This document shows positions 57,600 to 64,000 of a stretch of DNA of 64,000 bases, in pieces. Each line of letters opens with the position of its first letter. Within the stretch, counting starts at the first letter, position 1. The translations under genes and the position numbers were made by a program. The notes under the pieces were generated by a model. It did no database searches. It was given only the letters and a program-made list of their open reading frames with translations, and was not told where the DNA came from. The stretch is taken from positions 1-64,000 of IMG/VR virus record IMGVR_UViG_3300027749_000055; one strand, given 5' to 3'. This DNA comes from a virus.

Positions 57600-58822
57600 A
57601 GAACTTCCAAATCTCCCCAGCCACGAACCCCGTAGTCCAAGCCGATACCAATGGTAATCATTCCCGCAGGGCTAGTTTGCCCCGTGTTCGAGGTAAACCA
57701 ATTCGAGCCACCGTCCATTGCCGGACTTTGAAAAATGGTACGTCCGGTTGCTTCCGAGCAAATGAAATGGTGCAAATGCCCGCTAAAAAGAATGGCGCAC
57801 TGTGATACGGGTGTGCGACCCATAACCTGACCCGTCAGCCAATTTTCCAACTTGGTCTGCGACTTGCCCGACTTGGCGCATTGGTGTCCGTGAATAAACG
57901 ATACGGGAACTCCGGCGATTTCTACCGTGGCAGAAAGGTCGTCGCTATTGAGAATCTCGTCAAAATCAGGGACGTGGACGTTGGCATATCGTTCGGGGTT
58001 GCCAAGGCAGATTTCACCGACTTGCTCGAAGACAGCCAAATCGTCGTTGTCGAGCCACGTTGTAAATGCTCGTCCTGACGCATTGCGGTTCTCTCCGTGA
58101 TTGCCAGGCACAGCCAAAAGCACAATTGGAATGTCAAACTTGTCCACCAGAAGGTCAATCAACTTCAGAATCAAACGGCGAGCAAGGCGCATTTGCGAAC
58201 GCCTATCCAAATCGGTATTGGCGGTCTGCATTGCGTAGTGTCCCGCACATTGTTCGATAAGGTCGCCCAAACCCGCTATATAAATAGCACTAGGGGCTTG
58301 ACCCTTCTTGACAAGTTCGGTAAGGCGGTGGACAATTTTGTCGTAGGCAAGAAGAATTCGCTCGGTTGTGCCTTTCGAACCGCCCCCCTCATTTTTGCCC
58401 AACTGCCAATCGCTCAAAACGTAAAGGAAGGCTCGGTTGCCGGTTCCGGCGGGGAGGGTCTTCTTGGGGGTCTTGTGCTTCGCTACAAGGGCGCAGAGAG
58501 CCTCAATGTCCTCTCGGTCATCTCCCGCCTCCCGACGCTTAATTGACGCTCGGTAGTAGCGCATACGGCGGATTTCACCACCGCCGACGTTGGTATCCCA
58601 GCCCCGAATGTGAACGCTTCCGTCCACGATTTCCGTAAACTTTGGGTCTAATCCCCAATCCTGAATAACGTCAGCCCAAATGCTTTCGTCGGGTTCTTGG
58701 TCGAGAAGGGGGGTGTCTATGTATCCCTCTTTGCCGTTCCACTTGATTGAGGGTTCGGTTCCCTTGTGAATGGTTGGCACACGCTTCTTGGGCAAAGAGG
58801 CTTCTACGTCTCGCAGGCTCAT
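57596..58822 (-). CDS. calcineurin-like metallophosphoesterase
   Basis: SDWQ, GDLIE, GNHGE, HGH, GHLH. Confidence 0.9.
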   Translation of the reverse strand: MSLRDVEASLPKKRVPTIHKGTEPSIKWNGKEGYIDTPLLDQEPDESIWADVIQDWGLDPKFTEIVDGSVHIRGWDTNVGGGEIRRMRYYRASIKRREAGDDREDIEALCALVAKHKTPKKTLPAGTGNRAFLYVLSDWQLGKNEGGGSKGTTERILLAYDKIVHRLTELVKKGQAPSAIYIAGLGDLIEQCAGHYAMQTANTDLDRRSQMRLARRLILKLIDLLVDKFDIPIVLLAVPGNHGENRNASGRAFTTWLDNDDLAVFEQVGEICLGNPERYANVHVPDFDEILNSDDLSATVEIAGVPVSFIHGHQCAKSGKSQTKLENWLTGQVMGRTPVSQCAILFSGHLHHFICSEATGRTIFQSPAMDGGSNWFTSNTGQTSPAGMITIGIGLDYGVRGWGDLEVL

Positions 58823-59073
58823 TGGTAAACCCCTCGCTGAACGGTTTTCTCAGGGCAGTGGCATACACCGTCGAGGTGACGCTTTAGCGTCTTTTCGTTG
58901 ATGGAAAGACCACCCGCCTTGACGACACGGGAAATCCAACCTGCGGGCTTTTTTTCACTAACCCACTCGTCAAATACCGACTTATCGTCTTTGTCTAGAC
59001 CTTGGTAAAAAGAGACGAACTTGCAGTGTGCAGAAGCCTGTTCCAAATGCTGTTGCGCTTGCCGTAATGACAT
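58819..59073 (-). CDS. small protein with H..G.C.C tail
   Basis: Directly upstream of the phosphoesterase. Confidence 0.6.
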   Translation of the reverse strand: MSLRQAQQHLEQASAHCKFVSFYQGLDKDDKSVFDEWVSEKKPAGWISRVVKAGGLSINEKTLKRHLDGVCHCPEKTVQRGVYQ

Positions 59074-59113
59074 ACTGCAAGAATACAGCGTCCTCTGCGG
59101 AAATCAAGTCTTC

Positions 59114-59404
59114 TTACTTGTCCGTGGACGGTGCAGCCTTCTTTGCGGCGGTTGCCTTCTTAGCCGGTGACTTTTTTGCCACGGGCTTCTCGTCTGCTTC
59201 CAAAACAGGCTCGGCAGGAACCTCGACGGCGGGTTTGCTCAACTTGGCAATCTCTTCGGGGGTAAGGCGGACGACAAAGCCCTTTTCTTCGACATACTTT
59301 TTGCCGTAAACAGTCCAAGATTCGTCCGACATAAGAGTTCCTACAGGAACCCACTCGTCGTTCTCCTTGAACGTGTGAACTACTCGGTGGGTGAAATTGG
59401 TCAT
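59114..59404 (-). CDS. hypothetical protein with K/A-rich tail
   Basis: Directly downstream of capsid gene. Confidence 0.6.
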   Translation of the reverse strand: MTNFTHRVVHTFKENDEWVPVGTLMSDESWTVYGKKYVEEKGFVVRLTPEEIAKLSKPAVEVPAEPVLEADEKPVAKKSPAKKATAAKKAAPSTDK

Positions 59405-59427
59405 AGTGAAATAATACACCCCCATAG

Positions 59428-59460
59428 CAAAACCCCCCCACCCTAAGGTGAGGGGGTTTC
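59428..59460 (-). terminator. terminator after major capsid gene
   Basis: AAACCCCCTCACC...GGTGGGGGGGTTTT hairpin. Confidence 0.65.
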
Positions 59461-59485
59461 ACTGAGAAACCGAGGGGTTTACTTC

Positions 59486-60505
59486 TTAGATAATCGCTGT
59501 CCAGAAGTAGCCCAAGTCCTTTGCAACGACCTTGTTGTCGAAGGCGATTTCAGCCTCAACACGGTCAGCCTTCAACTCTTCCATACGGAAGCGTGAAACG
59601 CCGACAGTCGTTCCCAGACCGCCCGACACACCCGTCCACATAAACGAGTAGCCAGCCGAGGGGGTCATCAGACCAGGGTTCGGAGCCGTGTAGCAAAGCA
59701 GAGCCGCACCCGCACCACCGTTGGTGGCGACGAAGTTGTAGGTCTGCGAGTTGCTGCCTTCCTTACCCGTGTTCACAACCGACTTGGCGACCAGCACACG
59801 GTCTACTCCGAAGAGTTGAGCGAGCAGGTCTTCCGTGACGATTGCGCCCGCTTGCGTATACTTGTAGCGGTCTACGAGCAGCGGGTGGTTCTTCAGGACT
59901 TGGAACACCTTGTAGCCAAGGACGAGCGTGTTCGGCTCGTAGCCGGTGTTCTGCAGGACGATTGCCTTGGCGACTTCCACGTCCACGATAGGGTTCGACT
60001 TGTAAGTCGTCGGGGCAGCCTCGTAGTCAGACCAAGCGTAGGTCTGACTAGCGGTGGGGTTGGTCGAAGCGTCGGCCACTCCCGTAATGTCGGTTGCCCA
60101 GACACCCGTTTGGAAGTAGTCCACTGCCCACTGAACCTCACGACGGAGAAGGAGACGCTGAGTAACAAACTGCGTAGCCTCCATATCGGGGTTCAAGGGG
60201 TTGTCGGCGTTCGCACGGGTCTGGTCGCCAATGTCCTTGTGGAAGGCAAACACGTCAGTCTGATAGGTGTCCGTGGTCAGACCGTAGCCGGAACCAGCCG
60301 AAGCAGTGCCGTCAGCACGACGCTGAGCCTCGTCACGGAACCAATCGTCCTTCGTGTATTTGAAGTAGAGGTTCGACTTCTTGTCCACAGGGATAGTCGG
60401 GAAGACCTTATCCGCAATGAAGTTGTTGGTGTTCTGCAAATAAGCAACCGAGATGTTGGTCAGGATTGCGTCAATGTGAACGTTGTTTACGTTGGGTTGT
60501 GGCAT
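59486..60505 (-). CDS. major capsid protein
   Basis: HIDAILTNISVAY...FIADKVFP..PV; lambda-E-like capsid family pattern. Confidence 0.9.
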   Translation of the reverse strand: MPQPNVNNVHIDAILTNISVAYLQNTNNFIADKVFPTIPVDKKSNLYFKYTKDDWFRDEAQRRADGTASAGSGYGLTTDTYQTDVFAFHKDIGDQTRANADNPLNPDMEATQFVTQRLLLRREVQWAVDYFQTGVWATDITGVADASTNPTASQTYAWSDYEAAPTTYKSNPIVDVEVAKAIVLQNTGYEPNTLVLGYKVFQVLKNHPLLVDRYKYTQAGAIVTEDLLAQLFGVDRVLVAKSVVNTGKEGSNSQTYNFVATNGGAGAALLCYTAPNPGLMTPSAGYSFMWTGVSGGLGTTVGVSRFRMEELKADRVEAEIAFDNKVVAKDLGYFWTAII

Positions 60506-60525
60506 TTTAGATTAGTCCTTTCTGA

Positions 60526-61278
60526 CTATGCCGCACGGCCAGCAGCGGCAGCCGCTACAGCCATAGTGATAACGTCGCCCTGAATACCCGAAGCGAGAGC
60601 CGTTCCGAGAATGTATTGGGTCGAAGACGTGGTGGTCTTTACCGAACCGGCAGAGCCGTAAGTAACCGTGCTTGCGACAGGGTTGGTAATGGTGAAGGCG
60701 TAAGAACCCGACGAACCACTGACGGCACTGATAACGCCCTCGTAGTTCAGCGAGCCAGCACCCGTGCCGGTCTGAACAATGCCCGAAACAGCCACGAACT
60801 GACCAACCGTGAAAGCAGTGGTCGAGTTAGTGGTGTAGGCAACGGTAGTGCCGCTAGCGGTTGCACCCGTAATGGTTGCAGTCGTCTGGGCGGCCGCAGA
60901 CACACCAAACTGTGCAGTGACCGCACGACCCGAAGCGTCAATGGTCAATGCGTCACCAACGGTAACGCTGTCGCCAGCGACAATTTTCGAGATACCGGAA
61001 ATGGTCACTTCAGCCTCCGACACACCCTCAATGTTTCCAGCAGCGTCGAACCAAGCCTTAGGCTGGTTCTGCAGGATACCGAGGGGACGGTCAGTAGCGA
61101 CGGTGCAAGCGGTCACGACGTTGCCGGACTCGTTGTAGGACGTAATGCTGGCAGTAGCCAACTTGACGAACGTGAACTGAGTCTGCAGGTAGGTCGAACC
61201 ACCAACGACTACGCTTGCGCCAGTAGCGTCTGCGACAGCCGTAATCTTTACAGCGTAGGGATTTTGCTCGTAAGCCAT
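60526..61278 (-). CDS. capsid cement/decoration protein with beta insertion
   Basis: GILQNQP...GISK...GD.LT.DASGRAV...G.AL...GDVI. Confidence 0.75.
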   Translation of the reverse strand: MAYEQNPYAVKITAVADATGASVVVGGSTYLQTQFTFVKLATASITSYNESGNVVTACTVATDRPLGILQNQPKAWFDAAGNIEGVSEAEVTISGISKIVAGDSVTVGDALTIDASGRAVTAQFGVSAAAQTTATITGATASGTTVAYTTNSTTAFTVGQFVAVSGIVQTGTGAGSLNYEGVISAVSGSSGSYAFTITNPVASTVTYGSAGSVKTTTSSTQYILGTALASGIQGDVITMAVAAAAAGRAA

Positions 61279-61280
61279 TG

Positions 61281-62039
61281 TTATCGTGCCTTCTCGTTCA
61301 GGTATTGAACGTAGAGTTTGGGGTTAGCCTGCGAAGCGGCAAGAAGCGCAGCCTCGTAGGAAGCCGACGTGCCAGAAGCGACGGCAGCCTTAGCGATTCC
61401 GTCCAACTTAGCGAAAGCGTCGTCAGCGGCAGGTGCGCTGTCTGAGCCAACTTCAGTGAAAACGGCGTTTGTGACCAGCAACGAGTTAGCCGAGTCAAGA
61501 GCCTTGACGATTTCGTTAGCCAGAACAGCGTCCGACTCCGAAAGACGACGAAGCGCAGGGCCAACAATCGTAGGGTCAATGTTGAGTTGCGACCACTCGG
61601 CAGCCTTGATTACGGCAGCCTCATCAGCACGGGCTTCACGCTCGTTGATGAGGGCTTGCTCGCTCGCAGCAGCCTTGCGGAGAGCCGCCTCAGCAGTTGC
61701 CTTGCTGTCATTCAACATTTTCTTGATGACGCTCGGCATTGCCTTGACGATATCCGCCTCGTTCGCACTCTCAGGAATCACGACCATTGACGGACGTGGA
61801 GAGGTGAAAGACATTTGGAAATCCTCCAAGTTAGTAGGGGTTGGTTGTGCTTTGAAAACTCGCTTCGTCGTCTCGACGGGGGCTTGCTTCTTTAAGCGCA
61901 GTTCGTCAAGAACTGCTTGAATTTCGGAGGACGTGTTAGCAGACGACTTCATTACAACCCAACCTTCGTGGAGGTGTGCGGGGTGGTCTACCCCACTCGT
62001 CTCCTTGATGTTGAGTTTTTGCAACTTACGTCGTGCCAC
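61281..62039 (-). CDS. scaffolding protein with N-terminal protease-like fragment
   Basis: GTG start with AGGAG; LNIKETSGVDHPAH resembles the E.S.V..PA motif of prohead proteases; helical body, EVGS, NPKLY. Confidence 0.7.
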   Translation of the reverse strand: MARRKLQKLNIKETSGVDHPAHLHEGWVVMKSSANTSSEIQAVLDELRLKKQAPVETTKRVFKAQPTPTNLEDFQMSFTSPRPSMVVIPESANEADIVKAMPSVIKKMLNDSKATAEAALRKAAASEQALINEREARADEAAVIKAAEWSQLNIDPTIVGPALRRLSESDAVLANEIVKALDSANSLLVTNAVFTEVGSDSAPAADDAFAKLDGIAKAAVASGTSASYEAALLAASQANPKLYVQYLNEKAR

Positions 62040-62163
62040 TTGTTCTCCTAGAACTAGCAACCTTTGAGTTATCTCGAAGGTCTTGACTACTAGAAGCGTA
62101 AGTGACGTTTTGGAAAAGTCAAGGCGTGTGAGTGTGTGCGCCCGAATTCGTTATTTTCTATGA

Positions 62164-62973
62164 CTAAAACGGGTCAGGCTCAGCCTTGGCGGGGCAAATG
62201 TCTTGGTAGGAACACCACCCGCAGAGGACACTCTCTTTCGGCGGGAAGAAGCCGTCCTCGTAGCAAGCCTCAACATTCGCCCACGTCTCCTTGACCCGTT
62301 GCTCAGCCTGAGCGATATCAGAATCAGTGACGGGCAGGGCGAGTGTCGTGCCGGTCTTGACGTAGAGCAACTTCATTTCCTTGGGGCGAATCCCATAGAC
62401 CTTCTCAATGAGATAGGCGTAAGTCTGCACTCCGTGGAAGGCTTTGGCTTCCCACCCTCGACGTGGGGGCTTGCCGGTTTTGTAGTCCACAATGGAATAC
62501 GAGCCGTCGGGCAGAACGTCAAGGCGGTCAATGATTCCTCGAAGACCCCAATCGTCGCCCATAGAGAAATCCAAACGAATCTCGACTTCTTTGGCAACAA
62601 CCGTGGTTGGGTCTTCCATTTGATAGTAGTTGCGAATCAACTTCACAATCTCGGCGGCAAAGTTTTGACGACCCACTGAATCGAGTTCAAGTTCTTCGGC
62701 AACCTCGTCGGTCACAAAGATAGGGAAGACCAGACGGAAGAACTCTAGGCAGTTGTCGAGCGTTCGCTTTTCGGGAGTCTCCATACTTTCTTGAAACATC
62801 ATCTCCATAACGGCGTGAAAGACCGTGCCACGGAAAGCGTCAATTTTCTTGCCCTCGACTCGTTTCTCGACGGAAACGTATTGGTATTGGCGGGGGCAGT
62901 TATTGAACTGCGAGATACGAGAGGGGGATAACCCGTCGGGCTTAGGGTGCAGATGAACGGGGGTTGAATCCAT
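62164..62973 (-). CDS. Cas4/RecB-like PD-(D/E)xK exonuclease
   Basis: LSPS...CPR, GIIDRLD...IVDYKTG, Q..Y, C.WC.Y...C. Confidence 0.9.
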   Translation of the reverse strand: MDSTPVHLHPKPDGLSPSRISQFNNCPRQYQYVSVEKRVEGKKIDAFRGTVFHAVMEMMFQESMETPEKRTLDNCLEFFRLVFPIFVTDEVAEELELDSVGRQNFAAEIVKLIRNYYQMEDPTTVVAKEVEIRLDFSMGDDWGLRGIIDRLDVLPDGSYSIVDYKTGKPPRRGWEAKAFHGVQTYAYLIEKVYGIRPKEMKLLYVKTGTTLALPVTDSDIAQAEQRVKETWANVEACYEDGFFPPKESVLCGWCSYQDICPAKAEPDPF

Positions 62974-63088
62974 AACGCACACGATAGCAGGACGGTGCGA
63001 CAAGGTATTGAAACCCTTACAAATATTGGGCTTTCAAAAGTTAGATAAATAACTTGCGTCTGTTACTCAACTGTGGTAGAGTATTAGA

Positions 63089-63243
63089 AGAACTAAAGAA
63101 CCACCCTGCGAAGGCGGGGAGGTGAGCCCGAACACCTTGCAGGGTGGGTCGGGAAGTTGTGAGCGAGACGGTTAGCCCTAGGAAACGGGAACTCCGGTAA
63201 GTAGCACAACGCAGAAGCCTCACCTTCGGGTGGGGCTTTTTTG
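63089..63243 (+). ncRNA. orphan structured ncRNA
   Basis: TTGCGT-N17-TAGAGT promoter (63054-63082); stems 63100-63148 and 63156-63210; terminator 63216-63243. Confidence 0.6.
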
Positions 63244-63244
63244 T

Positions 63245-63514
63245 TTACAGGGTGACTAAGCCGTTGTAGCGACGAGCCTTGCGGAAAATACGGTTGATTT
63301 TCTCCGCCGTCTTCATAGCCATAAGCAGGTCACGGACGGTCAGCGAGAAGTCGTAAAAGGGAACGCCCAGCCCGCCCTCAATGTAGTCGTAGCGAATCAA
63401 CCGCAGTTGTGCGTGGTCTTTGTCCGAGTAAACGACATACTTGTATTGACCGTCACGGGCTTCGAGGACGTTAGGGTCAGTTGTCTTCCATTCCAAAGCA
63501 GGACGGCGCAACAC
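63245..63514 (-). CDS. hypothetical protein
   Basis: ORF; start uncertain. Confidence 0.55.
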   Translation of the reverse strand: MLRRPALEWKTTDPNVLEARDGQYKYVVYSDKDHAQLRLIRYDYIEGGLGVPFYDFSLTVRDLLMAMKTAEKINRIFRKARRYNGLVTL

Positions 63515-63759
63515 TAGATAGAACCCTCGGCATACTGTGCCAAATGCGACAGGTGTTCCATCAGTTCCAACTTGGTAATGTGTTCACCCGCAATGCGGAG
63601 AGCCTCGGTGAGACGCTCGTTATCGGCGGCGAGTTGTTCAAGGCTTGTTCTTTGGTTGAGCGCAATCTGAATAAGACGACCAATATCGGTAGCGTCGTAA
63701 GCGTCTTGCGTCACGGACTTCCAAATTCTGTCGGTCAATTCTTGCAAAGGCTGGCTCAT
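63514..63759 (-). CDS. hypothetical coiled-coil protein
   Basis: GAGGGAG RBS before MSQPL. Confidence 0.6.
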   Translation of the reverse strand: MSQPLQELTDRIWKSVTQDAYDATDIGRLIQIALNQRTSLEQLAADNERLTEALRIAGEHITKLELMEHLSHLAQYAEGSI

Positions 63760-63812
63760 AATGTCTCCCTCACTAGGGTTGCTTACCCACAGGTTAGCAC
63801 ACAACCTGTGGA

Positions 63813-64000
63813 TTACTGCTGTTCCATAAAGCGAAACCACGTTTCGGGCTTGGCGGGGTCGGGTTTGTATTCGACGGCGGTTTCACGCCAACACAAAATG
63901 CAAACAACAAAGATTTCCCCGTTTTCGTTTGCCTCGGTGGTCTTGACCCGCCAATCGTGCTGGCATATTTCGGGATTATGACCGCTAACGACTCGAATCA
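63813..64000 (-). CDS. hypothetical protein (C.H.W...C..C), start at window edge
   Basis: Hand translation IRVVSGHNPEICQHDW...VCILC...EQQ*. Confidence 0.5.
   Translation of the reverse strand, partial: IRVVSGHNPEICQHDWRVKTTEANENGEIFVVCILCWRETAVEYKPDPAKPETWFRFMEQQ

Noticed and set aside
62164-62973. Cas4-like nuclease as sign of a CRISPR system
   Set aside because: No repeat-spacer array or other cas genes; solo PD-(D/E)xK exonucleases are common in phages
63150-63210. c-di-GMP-I riboswitch resemblance (CUCCGGUAAGUAGC)
   Set aside because: Other conserved aptamer elements are missing and no gene follows on that strand
898-63981. Numerous plus-strand ORFs in the track
   Set aside because: Antisense shadows of well-supported minus-strand genes; only 26558-26905 and 26931-27506 have promoter/RBS support

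Overview
A 64-kb segment of a tailed dsDNA (siphovirus-type) phage genome, almost all encoded on the minus strand. The host is probably an actinobacterium: there is a DUF2516-like gene, many apparently leaderless genes, and a match to the actinobacterial 16S rRNA 3' end. The window holds a small terminase, a replication/recombination block, two tRNAs, holin-like genes, a full tail module (tape measure, frameshifted chaperone, two tail-tube paralogs, a 3505-aa tail protein), a nucleotide/DNA-modification cluster, the major capsid, cement and scaffold genes. Portal, large terminase, an intact maturation protease and an endolysin were not seen. Main candidate new system: seven dispersed genes share a leader peptide (PFSTxxLL-like) and/or 13 copies of a linker [hydrophobic]-x-K|GGxGSG(R/V). 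In two large polyproteins the linker sits exactly between effector domains (GNATs, ADP-ribosyltransferases, papain-like, zincin, DUF3626-like). This looks like a capsid-packaged, protease-processed, modular effector arsenal. Second candidate: two promoter- and terminator-bounded small RNAs carry GGUUCCUCCU, complementary to an AGGAGGAAC(C) RBS shared by four phage genes. A third orphan structured ncRNA is also present. All family assignments are by motif recognition; no database searches were run.
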